Of a DNA stretch of 64,000 nucleotides, positions 26,944 through 35,286 are shown one piece after another (position 1 is the first letter of the stretch; each line of letters opens with the position of its first letter). The notes beneath the pieces are model-generated. The model searched no databases and had not been told where the DNA came from. It saw nothing but the letters and a program-made list of their open reading frames with translations. The translations under genes were made by a program, and so were the position numbers. The DNA lies in assembly GCA_035457485.1 (NCBI GenBank), contig DATIBO010000006.1, positions 94,134 to 158,133 on the forward strand. Reading direction: 5' to 3'. This DNA comes from Candidatus Saccharimonadales bacterium (GTDB lineage Bacteria; Patescibacteriota; Saccharimonadia; Saccharimonadales; EFPC-124).

Positions 26944-27621
26944 CTAGTCTTTTTTTGTTGGAGCCTGCCAAGCAACTACAGCGGCGTCTATTTGGCCTGC
27001 GCCAGCTACTCGCAAAAGGTTAGCCGCCACATACAAGCTAGCTCCTGTGGTACAGACGTCGTCTATTAAAATTACGTTGGATTCTAGAATCTGACCAGGT
27101 TTTATGCAAATACTGCTTTTTGCCTGCAAAAAACGTTCTTTTTTACTAGCACCAACTTGTCGTTGATCCGAACTCCTATACAACGGGGTTATCATTTTTA
27201 AACCACGAAGCCGAGCGAATTCCTTTGCAACCAAGTAAGCATGGTCGTAACCACGTTGCCTAATGTGGGTTAGTGACGTGGGCACGGGAACGACGACTGT
27301 ATTTCGCGGCAAATATGAAACAGTAGCATCAATTGCTGATGCAAGCGGTTTATACGCAGCTTTTGCTCTATGAAACTTGAAGTCTTTTATAAGTTTTGCC
27401 ACATCATACTTGTACTCTGCGGCTATGTAAACTCGATTTAACTTTGATTCTTGGCAGTTCGCGCAAACCTTATACAATTCCGTGATGCCAGAACACATTG
27501 CGCAGACTGTTGCAATTTCGCAAAATTTTTCAGCCAAGCAGTTAGCGCAAAATATGTTGTTATTATGTCCACAGGCTAGGCACTGGTGCGGAGCTATCAG
27601 CTCAATAATTCTCTCGATCAT
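26944..27621 (-). CDS. comFC: ComF family protein (competence protein ComFC, zinc-ribbon + phosphoribosyltransferase fold)
   Basis: N-terminal double Cys pairs CLACG...CANC...CAMC...CANC; C-terminal PRTase motif VILIDDVCTTGASL. Confidence 0.75.
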   Translation of the reverse strand: MIERIIELIAPHQCLACGHNNNIFCANCLAEKFCEIATVCAMCSGITELYKVCANCQESKLNRVYIAAEYKYDVAKLIKDFKFHRAKAAYKPLASAIDATVSYLPRNTVVVPVPTSLTHIRQRGYDHAYLVAKEFARLRGLKMITPLYRSSDQRQVGASKKERFLQAKSSICIKPGQILESNVILIDDVCTTGASLYVAANLLRVAGAGQIDAAVVAWQAPTKKD

Positions 27622-27739
27622 TGATGTCTTTTTTACTTCTTTTGCTTATAATATTGCCATAACTTGCAATTTTCCGCTATAATTGGCGTACAGTAACCTC
27701 AAGTGCAGACCTAATTTGAAGTGGAGGAGGTGAACACAC

Positions 27740-28216
27740 ATGGCACGAGGACAAAAGCAAAATGATGATTTGCTGATTGAAGATGAGTTAGCAGCAGCAT
27801 TTTTAGGTGACGACGACGTCGACGTTTCGACGCCACAGAACGATGATCGAGCTGTCGCTCAGCAAGAAGCGACCTGGGAAGAGGATGACGCTGTTCCTGG
27901 TCAGCTTGCTGTTGACGTATTTGAAACAAAAGATAAATTAGTTGTTAAGGCTCGTACAGCAGGCGTAAACAAACAAGACCTAGACGTCAGTATTTCTGAT
28001 GGCATCTTGACCATTAGCGGAACTCTTACAAGCGGCGAAGAAGAAGTTGAACAATGGCATTTGCAAGAATGCTATTGGGGAGAATTCTCTCGTACTTTAG
28101 CTTTGCCGGTTCAAGTCAAAGAAGAAGAAGTTGAAGCTATGCTAAAAGATGGCGTTCTTACAATTAGCTTTGCGAAAATTAAGCAAGAACAAGCTCGTAA
28201 AATTCAGATCCAATAA
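27740..28216 (+). CDS. Hsp20/alpha-crystallin family small heat-shock protein
   Basis: ACD motifs AVDVFETKDKLVVKARTAGV...GVLTISFAK; strong SD GGAGGAGG 8 nt upstream of ATG. Confidence 0.85.
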   Translation: MARGQKQNDDLLIEDELAAAFLGDDDVDVSTPQNDDRAVAQQEATWEEDDAVPGQLAVDVFETKDKLVVKARTAGVNKQDLDVSISDGILTISGTLTSGEEEVEQWHLQECYWGEFSRTLALPVQVKEEEVEAMLKDGVLTISFAKIKQEQARKIQIQ

Positions 28217-28238
28217 GCTACTGAATTAATAAAAAATA

Positions 28239-28266
28239 TGCCCGTCAATGCGGGCTATTTTTATAT
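28239..28266 (+). terminator. rho-independent terminator after hsp20 (GCCCG-TCAAT-GCGGGC + T-run)
   Basis: Hairpin followed by TATTTTTTAT. Confidence 0.55.
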
Positions 28267-28370
28267 TCGTTGACAGTCAGAATGTTTCGGATGGACTAAC
28301 TTAGTCTACTTAAGTTTGCCTACAGCACAGCCTCTAATCTGTGCTGGGCTACTCAGCCTAAATTTGCCAA

Positions 28371-28408
28371 ACAAAAAACCGCCCAAAAAGGCGGTCTTTG
28401 TTTTTTTG
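28371..28408. terminator. bidirectional intrinsic terminator (A-run, ACCGCC-CAAAAAG-GCGGT, T-run) at 3' end of pilin array
   Basis: Hairpin flanked by AAAAAA on the left and TTTGTTTTTTT on the right; lies 10 bp downstream of the minus-strand stop at 28418. Confidence 0.6.
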
Positions 28409-28417
28409 AACCGATCT

Positions 28418-28849
28418 TTAGGTAAGCTCGTTTGTAACAAACTGAACTGCACCAAAGGCTAGAACTGCAACAACTATACCAATGATTGCGTATAGAATTG
28501 TATTTTTGGCACTTGTGATTGCATTTTGGTCACCCTGTGAAACAGTGTAGCGAATACCACCGATGATCAACATGATTACGGCGATAGAACCGATGATGAA
28601 TATCAAAATGTTGGTGACAATTACAAAGATACCAGTTGAGCCGAACAGTTGCGTGTCGGCACTAGGGCGAACACATTCTGCGCCACCAGCAGGACCCTGA
28701 GAAATATCTGGGTTTGCAGCGTTACATGTTGTTGTAGTAGTTGGTGTTGGACCTGCGTTAACTGCAACTGGGACAACGAACGAAAGACCTAAAACCAACA
28801 ATGGCGCGATCATTAAAGTTTGTGCTGCTTTTTGCAAAAAAGATTTCAC
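28418..28849 (-). CDS. VirB2/TrbC-like T4SS pilin paralog 1 (signal peptide, Thr-rich Cys-pair head, conserved C-terminal core)
   Basis: Core GGIRYTVSQGDQNAITSAKNTILYAIIGIVVAV flanked by two hydrophobic helices; signal peptide ...PVAVNA. Confidence 0.65.
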   Translation of the reverse strand: MKSFLQKAAQTLMIAPLLVLGLSFVVPVAVNAGPTPTTTTTCNAANPDISQGPAGGAECVRPSADTQLFGSTGIFVIVTNILIFIIGSIAVIMLIIGGIRYTVSQGDQNAITSAKNTILYAIIGIVVAVLAFGAVQFVTNELT

Positions 28850-28914
28850 TTAATTTTTCTCCGATTATGCTTTCATTGTAACATTTATTACACAAAATTC
28901 TAGATAGTTTAACT

Positions 28915-29388
28915 TTAGCTGAATTGCCCGGTCACAAACCCGACTATTCCGAAGGCTGCGACAGATAAAACTACACCAACAATGGCGTACAAAATTGTAT
29001 TTTTGGCGGCGCTAATTGCATTTTGGTCGCCCTGCGCGACAGTGTAGCGAATAGCACCGATAATTACCATAATTACCGAAATCGCTCCGACGATAAAGAT
29101 TAGGATATTCGCAACTTGCTGCAAAGTTCCAGTCACGGTTCGGCCGTCTGGACTAGTGCAAGTCGTGCCATCCCAGGTTCCACCAGACCCTAAACAGGCA
29201 GATTCTTTCGCCGTTGAAGACGAAGTGGCTGCAGGAATACAAGTCGTGCCATCCCAGGTTCCACCACCTCTAACACAAGCTGCCTCGAGCGAAGGGTTCG
29301 CCGCAACCGGAGCAATCACAAACAGCGATAAAAACGCCGAAACAAAAGTTATTTTTACAATTCCAGAAAATTTAGCTAAATATCTCAT
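28915..29388 (-). CDS. VirB2/TrbC-like pilin paralog 2 (duplicated Cys-pair head motif)
   Basis: Core GAIRYTVAQGDQNAISAAKNTILYAIVGVVL; head contains GGTWDGTTC twice. Confidence 0.65.
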   Translation of the reverse strand: MRYLAKFSGIVKITFVSAFLSLFVIAPVAANPSLEAACVRGGGTWDGTTCIPAATSSSTAKESACLGSGGTWDGTTCTSPDGRTVTGTLQQVANILIFIVGAISVIMVIIGAIRYTVAQGDQNAISAAKNTILYAIVGVVLSVAAFGIVGFVTGQFS

Positions 29389-29756
29389 ATATTTGTTAAT
29401 ACAAAGTTTACTATTGCATTGGCCATTACTGCAACTATTAGCGCAACCACGGCGTATATAATTGTGTTCTTAGCAGATGTAACTTGAGCCTGATCGCCGC
29501 CGCTAACCGCATATCTAATTGAGCCGATGATTATCATCAGCACGGCAATAGCACCGACTACAAAAGTTAGGGCATTTAAGATATTGTTCCAAATACTATT
29601 AGCACCGAATAGGCTGTCATCTCCACTTGCCGCTGCACAAAGCTCGGTGTTTACTAAATCTGGATCAAGGCATGGATCGATCACCGCCGCACTAGCGGGC
29701 ACAGCAACAAGAGTTGCAATAATGCTAAGTGCTACTAAAATACTTTTTAATTTCAT
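29385..29756 (-). CDS. VirB2/TrbC-like pilin paralog 3
   Basis: Core GSIRYAVSGGDQAQVTSAKNTIIYAVVALIV; signal peptide; single Cys pair; ATGA overlap with paralog 2. Confidence 0.65.
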   Translation of the reverse strand: MKLKSILVALSIIATLVAVPASAAVIDPCLDPDLVNTELCAAASGDDSLFGANSIWNNILNALTFVVGAIAVLMIIIGSIRYAVSGGDQAQVTSAKNTIIYAVVALIVAVMANAIVNFVLTNI

Positions 29757-30028
29757 TATATTCTCCCTAAAACAAATTGAATTAAAGCTACTGCACTCGA
29801 TGAAACAATCAAGCCGATCACTGCATACAAAATTGTATTTTTTGCCTGACCGATCTCTTTTTGCTCGCCATTACTAGTTGCATAGCGAATCGCGCCAATC
29901 AAAATAAAAAGTACACAAATCCCACCAATTGCCGTAAATGTAAGCGACATCGCTGTTCCAATAACCGTATTGTCTAAAGCAACTTTGGGGATTCCGGGGA
30001 TTACTACTGTTTGAGCAAAATTCTTCAT
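29756..30028 (-). CDS. VirB2/TrbC-like pilin paralog 4 (minimal, no variable head)
   Basis: 90 aa consisting only of hydrophobic helix-core-helix: GAIRYATSNGEQKEIGQAKNTILYAVIGLIV. Confidence 0.6.
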   Translation of the reverse strand: MKNFAQTVVIPGIPKVALDNTVIGTAMSLTFTAIGGICVLFILIGAIRYATSNGEQKEIGQAKNTILYAVIGLIVSSSAVALIQFVLGRI

Positions 30029-30459
30029 GATGAGACAAAGCCCCTATATATAAACTGAGTGATTGCGATCGACGAAAGAACAATTATAAGACCAATGATT
30101 GCGTTTTTAATAGTGTCTTTCGCGGCCGACAGGTTACTTGGTTCACCTTGGCTTTTAGTATATTGAATTCCGCCCCATATCACAAAACCGATCGCAATGT
30201 AGCCAGCGAGTTTTAAGACATCGTTAAATAGGGGAATTATTATCTTCCAGATATCGCGAATCGAATTAATAACAACTGTTTGTTCGCAATCACCCTGATT
30301 GTTGCAGGTCTCAACTCTTGTCAGACAGTGATCCCAAGATTCTAAACCTAGGAATTCGAGAGGTGTGCCTTCGCAAGCCGCGAAATTAGTTAAAGGAGCG
30401 GAGGTGAAAGAAAAAATCATTCCTAAACTCAGAATGCCTTCTACGAAAAAACTGATCAT
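30025..30459 (-). CDS. VirB2/TrbC-like pilin paralog 5 (divergent core, four-Cys head)
   Basis: Core GGIQYTKSQGEPSNLSAAKDTIKNAIIGLII; head ACEGTPLEF...DHCLTRVETCNNQGDCEQT. Confidence 0.5.
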   Translation of the reverse strand: MISFFVEGILSLGMIFSFTSAPLTNFAACEGTPLEFLGLESWDHCLTRVETCNNQGDCEQTVVINSIRDIWKIIIPLFNDVLKLAGYIAIGFVIWGGIQYTKSQGEPSNLSAAKDTIKNAIIGLIIVLSSIAITQFIYRGFVSS

Positions 30460-30881
30460 CCTAAAATTCCTCCGGGGATAATAAAGTTCAAAATCGCGAA
30501 CATAAATATGAATAGCAGCAGTCCAACGCAGGCGTTAATGATCACTGTGATCGCTTGTTGCGTTTGCGAACTGTTGCCGCGGGCTGTCATATATAAAAAA
30601 CCTCCCCAAACAATTCCGCCTACAACCACAAGGCCAACTCCACCAGCAAAAAGCGCCAAAACAGCTACTAAAACTTGAACAATTGGATTGGTTTGAAATG
30701 TTGATCCATTCTCGATACAACGTTCGCCGACCAGGGCGATTGAGGTCTTAATTCCTTGCTCGCCTGAGCTCGTTGTGCACCGCAAATTCTGAGGAATCGG
30801 ATTAGCAAGTGCTGCATTAGACATTAAAAAACAGCTGAATAAAGAAACTATCGCAAACAGAATTGGCCGCTTAAAACTCAT
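30456..30881 (-). CDS. pilin-like paralog 6 (most divergent). The ORF track starts at a TTG at 30929; ATG 30881 with a signal peptide is preferred
   Basis: Signal peptide MSFKRPILFAIVSLFSCFLMSNAALA, Cys pair head, C-terminal GGFLYMTARGNSSQTQQAITVIINACVGLLL between two hydrophobic helices. Confidence 0.4.
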   Translation of the reverse strand: MSFKRPILFAIVSLFSCFLMSNAALANPIPQNLRCTTSSGEQGIKTSIALVGERCIENGSTFQTNPIVQVLVAVLALFAGGVGLVVVGGIVWGGFLYMTARGNSSQTQQAITVIINACVGLLLFIFMFAILNFIIPGGILG

Positions 30882-30950
30882 ATCCACATTGTATGCCAAA
30901 ATCGTGCGATAATCTATACGCAAATACAATAATGGCGTATTATATAAACA
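30882..30950. promoter_or_regulatory. 69-bp AT-rich divergent promoter region between pilin array and T4SS operon
   Basis: Only non-coding DNA between the two divergent transcription units; contains TATTATATAA. Confidence 0.35.
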
Positions 30951-32273
30951 ATGAGTCGGACAATTAAATTAGTAGGGCGGTTTTTGTTCTTTGTCGCAAT
31001 AACTCTCGCGGCGAACTTCACACTCCAAGCCACCTCTGCGCACGCAGAAGGCACGATTAGCGGTGGTAATTTTTGCGTAGAAGTAACATTAGGCGACGGT
31101 GAAAAAGCCTGCGCCGTAATCGAGGATGACTTGATAGAAGTTACACTCGATCCAGCCGCAGCCGGCAGCAGTCAAACTATAGATAACGGCAAAATCGATA
31201 TCACAAACGTGCCACGCGGTACCTACACAGTAACTGTCCAATTTGAGCTCACAAAAGAGCTCTGCAGCTCAGTGACTAGTATTATTGGGGATATCATTCC
31301 AATTTCACGAATTATCGACGTTATCACTGGCGGCTTTAACCCAGTAGATACGGTTCTGAGCGCCCGTCTATGTGACAATGACGGCGTTTACCGCGCAAGC
31401 AGAGTTTTTTCTAACGTAAGAGTAGAGGACGGCCAGACCACGTTTTTAATGGGAGACAATAACACAGATAACAGGGTGTTGGCACATGCCATCAGGGTTG
31501 ATCCCGAAACTGGCTTGCCCGTAATTGTCTGTGCGGGCGAAAGCAACTTATTTGTTGACTGGGTTATTTGTCCGGCGATCGAATTCACATTTAGAGCAAT
31601 AGACTTAGCAATTACCTACATTTTAGTGCCTTTTTTGAGCATTAATCCGCTCACAGTCACCACTGTTAACGATCAAGGGCAGACGGTTCAAACCGAGCTC
31701 TATCAGATCTGGGACAACGTCAGAAATGCAACCAATATTTTGTTCATTTTGGTTTTCTTTGTAATGATCTTTTGGCAGGCAATTGGTAGTGTTTATGGTG
31801 TTAAAAAAATTCTTCCGCGGCTTATTCTTATGGCAATCGCAGCAAACTTGTCGTTCTTTATTTGTCAAATAATGATCGATATTTCTAACGTTCTAGGCAT
31901 TGGAATTGCTTCATTACTAACAGCTGCCATTATCGGCGACCAGCCTGTCCTTGACCTTAGCGGAATCATTGCGCCGTTATTTGGGGCATCGGTGCCTATA
32001 CTTGTTGCACTCTTTATTATGATTATTTTCTCTGCGGTTATGATCATAATTGGTGTGCTTGTACTTATTTTCCGACAAATTGTGCTTATATTCTTAGTTC
32101 TAATTTCGCCGGTGGCTTTTGCCGCGGGGGTTTTGCCGAACACCGCCAATTTGCTAAACCAATGGTTCAATATGTTGATTCGACTAGTCTTAATGTACCC
32201 AATTTGTATGTTGATTCTTTCGGCTGCCAGAATAGCTGGTCATATCATAACTAACATAGGAGCACAGTTCTAA
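30951..32273 (+). CDS. VirB6/TrbL-like polytopic T4SS membrane protein
   Basis: Signal peptide, ~200-aa extracytoplasmic domain, then 5-6 TM helices with a long hydrophobic core; first gene of operon. Confidence 0.5.
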   Translation: MSRTIKLVGRFLFFVAITLAANFTLQATSAHAEGTISGGNFCVEVTLGDGEKACAVIEDDLIEVTLDPAAAGSSQTIDNGKIDITNVPRGTYTVTVQFELTKELCSSVTSIIGDIIPISRIIDVITGGFNPVDTVLSARLCDNDGVYRASRVFSNVRVEDGQTTFLMGDNNTDNRVLAHAIRVDPETGLPVIVCAGESNLFVDWVICPAIEFTFRAIDLAITYILVPFLSINPLTVTTVNDQGQTVQTELYQIWDNVRNATNILFILVFFVMIFWQAIGSVYGVKKILPRLILMAIAANLSFFICQIMIDISNVLGIGIASLLTAAIIGDQPVLDLSGIIAPLFGASVPILVALFIMIIFSAVMIIIGVLVLIFRQIVLIFLVLISPVAFAAGVLPNTANLLNQWFNMLIRLVLMYPICMLILSAARIAGHIITNIGAQF

Positions 32274-33532
32274 TGGATTTTATGTTTGACATACTGAATC
32301 ATTTTGCGACAGGCAACGTTATATCTGAGGTTGCACAAAGCTCGATGTTCGCTGCGGCAGGTTTTATAGTTACGGCTGCTGGAATTGGTGGGTTTGCATT
32401 TTCTTTTGGAGCCGCGGACAAAGCCACCAAAGCCATGTACCAGGCAGGGATGAGTGGAGTAAAAAGAGTTGGCAAAATCGGGGCTGGTGCTGCTAAATTT
32501 GGTGCCAAAGAAGCCGTTCGTAACTCTCGCCCAATGCAAGCTTGGCAAGAAGCCAAACGCGAAAAAGCCTTCGCAAGGAAAGGTCGTGCACAGAGAGATT
32601 ACGCAGCCGCATCTTCGAGCGACTCTCTACTGGGTCGAGCATTGCGCGCCTACACCTTTGGTGCTGGTGATAAGAACTTGGCTTTCGCGCAACAAGGTAT
32701 GGTTCGCGACATGCGTGACCGCTCGACAGAGCTTGGATCAACAATTGGCCACATGAACCCGTCAAATCTTAAAGCTCACTTATCCAGTATTGCTAGAGGT
32801 GGCGCTGGAACTGGCATGGACAGTGAGTTGAACGCAGCCGGCATAACATTCAGAGGTCACGGAGCTGCAGCTTCGTCGCTTGCAGTTATGAATCACTTAG
32901 CACAAACAGGTGATCTAAACGAAGACATCATGTCTTACTTAACCGACTCATACTCAGACAATGATAAGCAAGGCACCCCTAAACTCGAGCAAGCAAGATT
33001 GTCCTACTGGTCTGGTCAAGTTCAGGCCGCCCAGCGTGCTGCGGGTGCAAACGGCAACCCATCTATGCTAAAAAACACCGTCGATATTTCTATGGGACCT
33101 CTTGGCACATACACTGCGAGCTACAAGTCGAACGTTGGCGACACCCTAAAGAAGGTTACTGCCGAAAGCTACAAGGGTATGAGTGGCGATGGTGTGGAGT
33201 CTACTGCACGCGCCGTAATGACTCAGGCTCCGAAAGCCACACCAGGCACACCTGGCTTTGTTCCTGGCGCAGTTACATTCCCAGTAAAGACCGTGACCAT
33301 GAAAAAATACAACCCCACAACTGGGGCAACAGAAAGCTTCCCACTCACTCGTTTCGTTGACGACGGGCTACATGAGCTTGCCACAGCTTATGTCCAGGGT
33401 GAAGTTAACGGCACAAGCGCAGCCTACAAAGATCAAGGTGCCCGCGAAAAACTTAATAGCCTGCTTAACGCTAATCCGGCATTTAAAGCACAGCTTGATC
33501 AAATGGTTACTGAGCGCGAACCTCACATGTAG
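32273..33532 (+). CDS. hypothetical T4SS-associated bitopic protein
   Basis: N-terminal TM (AAAGFIVTAAGIGGFAFSF) then ~370-aa soluble domain; translationally coupled (TAATG). Confidence 0.4.
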   Translation: MDFMFDILNHFATGNVISEVAQSSMFAAAGFIVTAAGIGGFAFSFGAADKATKAMYQAGMSGVKRVGKIGAGAAKFGAKEAVRNSRPMQAWQEAKREKAFARKGRAQRDYAAASSSDSLLGRALRAYTFGAGDKNLAFAQQGMVRDMRDRSTELGSTIGHMNPSNLKAHLSSIARGGAGTGMDSELNAAGITFRGHGAAASSLAVMNHLAQTGDLNEDIMSYLTDSYSDNDKQGTPKLEQARLSYWSGQVQAAQRAAGANGNPSMLKNTVDISMGPLGTYTASYKSNVGDTLKKVTAESYKGMSGDGVESTARAVMTQAPKATPGTPGFVPGAVTFPVKTVTMKKYNPTTGATESFPLTRFVDDGLHELATAYVQGEVNGTSAAYKDQGAREKLNSLLNANPAFKAQLDQMVTEREPHM

Positions 33533-33538
33533 GAATCC

Positions 33539-34384
33539 ATGGCCACTTATAAAGTACCTCAAGATGTTGAAGCCGAAGATAAGCTACTTGGACCTTTTAG
33601 CTTTAGACAGTTTGTCTATTTAGCAATTGCTCTTGGGGCAGCAGTAATCGCTTTCTTTTTGTTCAGGGTTTTTCCGCTTTTGTTTTTAATCCCGCTACCT
33701 ATAACCATTTTCTTTGGCGCTTTGGCTTTGCCACTACGAAAAGATCAGCCAATGGAAACATACTTATTGGCCATTGTGAGATTTAATCTAAAACCAAAGC
33801 TTCGTAAGTGGGATCCAGAGGGTGTAATTAGTTATGTAGAAATAATCGCGCCAAAGTTAATGGAGAAACAGCTTACAAAAGAATACGGCGCGGATTCGGC
33901 TCAAGAACGCTTAGACTATCTTGCGCGCGTTATGGACAGTCGTGGTTGGGCTCATAAAGGTGTGGAAACAACCACAAATCCAAGCGTAACTGCAACAGTA
34001 GCGGCCGAAGCTAGATCGACAGTTGATGTCCTAGACGAAGACCAGGCGTTGTCGCGAACCTTTAAGGAGCTTATGGACCAAAAAGCAGAAGAGCAAAGGC
34101 AGGCGGCGATTGAAATGATGAAAAAAGCGCAAACCGAACCCGCTCTGGCAACTCCGGTGAATATAAACTACAACCCTTACCCAACTTCAATGCATCAAAA
34201 AGTTATTCTGCCTGCCGGACAACAAAAGCCCGCACCTGTTGCGCAAAAACCTGCGATGACACCGCCAGTATCACCTGATATAATTAGACTCGCGAACAGC
34301 AATCTGAAGGTGAGTACAATTGCACACGAAATCCAGAAGCTTGAACTTAATAAGGGTGCAGTAGTAGATATTAAACTTCATTAA
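33539..34384 (+). CDS. VirB3/PrgI-like small membrane domain with C-terminal extension
   Basis: N-terminal ~90 aa: charged lead-in then two TM helices (FVYLAIALGAAVIAFFLF / LLFLIPLPITIFFGALAL), position directly upstream of VirB4 as in many T4SS. Confidence 0.35.
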   Translation: MATYKVPQDVEAEDKLLGPFSFRQFVYLAIALGAAVIAFFLFRVFPLLFLIPLPITIFFGALALPLRKDQPMETYLLAIVRFNLKPKLRKWDPEGVISYVEIIAPKLMEKQLTKEYGADSAQERLDYLARVMDSRGWAHKGVETTTNPSVTATVAAEARSTVDVLDEDQALSRTFKELMDQKAEEQRQAAIEMMKKAQTEPALATPVNINYNPYPTSMHQKVILPAGQQKPAPVAQKPAMTPPVSPDIIRLANSNLKVSTIAHEIQKLELNKGAVVDIKLH

Positions 34385-34406
34385 AAATACAGGGAGGGCT
34401 GGTTAA

Positions 34407-35285
34407 ATGCCACCCAACAATCAACAGACAGCTAATCAACAACCGGTTAATGCAACCCTCCCACAGGGTGCTTCACCTTTAGCGGCTCTTCCGCCAACTC
34501 CGGCGGGCAACATCGTGGCAGGTGGCTCACCCCAGGTAGCAAGTACGGGTAACAAACAAAAAAATCCGAATAGCGCGCAAAACAGCTTGCTCATCTCTGA
34601 ACTTCGCGATGGAATGGCCATATTAAACGATGGCACTATGCGCGCTGTAATTGCTTGCCGTTCGATTAACTTTGATCTTATGAGCTCACGCGAACGCGAA
34701 GCAGTTGAATTTTCTTATCAGCAGTTCTTAAACTCACTTTACTTTCCAATGCAAATATTTGTTCGATCCCAAAAAGTCGACATCGGCCCGTATCTTGAAC
34801 GCTTGGGTAAAATTCGCCGCGAACAAGACAACATGCTCCTTGGTGTTTTAATGGACGATTATGTCGACTTTATTGGTATTCTTGCGCAAGAAACCAACAT
34901 TATGGAAAAGAGCTTCTTTATAATAGTGCCTTACTACCCGGGCGGCGATGTTGGAAGCGCAGTCAATACTAGTAAGAACTTTTTAGCAAACTTGTTTTCA
35001 CCGCAGACCCAGCAGCGAATCAGAATCGACGAAAAAACTTATGCAAAAGCTGTCGATGAGCTTCGCAATCGCACCGATACGGTCATAAACGGACTGCTTC
35101 AAATTGGAATCCGTGCCGTCCGATTAAACACAAAAGAGCTAGGCGAACTATACTACAATGTCTACAACCCAGACACAGCTGTGCGCGAACCACTAGGTAA
35201 GTTCGAAAACCTAACTAGTGCTGCAGTCGTTACCAAGGGCGAAGGCAAAGCTCCGCAACCACACTTAGATAAGGAGGCGATGTAA
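34407..35285 (+). CDS. VirB4 N-terminal domain encoded as separate ORF (Q/P-rich disordered lead + VirB4 N-domain)
   Basis: Segment ELRDGMAILNDGTMRAVIACRSINFDLMSSREREAVEFSYQQFLNSLYFPMQIFVRSQKVD matches the N-terminal domain pattern of Gram-positive VirB4 (TrsE/PrgJ/TcpF); SD GGGAGGG upstream. Confidence 0.5.
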   Translation: MPPNNQQTANQQPVNATLPQGASPLAALPPTPAGNIVAGGSPQVASTGNKQKNPNSAQNSLLISELRDGMAILNDGTMRAVIACRSINFDLMSSREREAVEFSYQQFLNSLYFPMQIFVRSQKVDIGPYLERLGKIRREQDNMLLGVLMDDYVDFIGILAQETNIMEKSFFIIVPYYPGGDVGSAVNTSKNFLANLFSPQTQQRIRIDEKTYAKAVDELRNRTDTVINGLLQIGIRAVRLNTKELGELYYNVYNPDTAVREPLGKFENLTSAAVVTKGEGKAPQPHLDKEAM

Positions 35286-35286
35286 T

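Noticed and set aside
28418-30929. Considered whether the repeated structure of the pilin region could be a CRISPR array or tandem DNA repeat
   Set aside because: Units are 270-470 bp, each a distinct ORF with signal peptide and TM helices. Similarity is at protein-motif level, not as identical DNA direct repeats with spacers. No cas genes are present.
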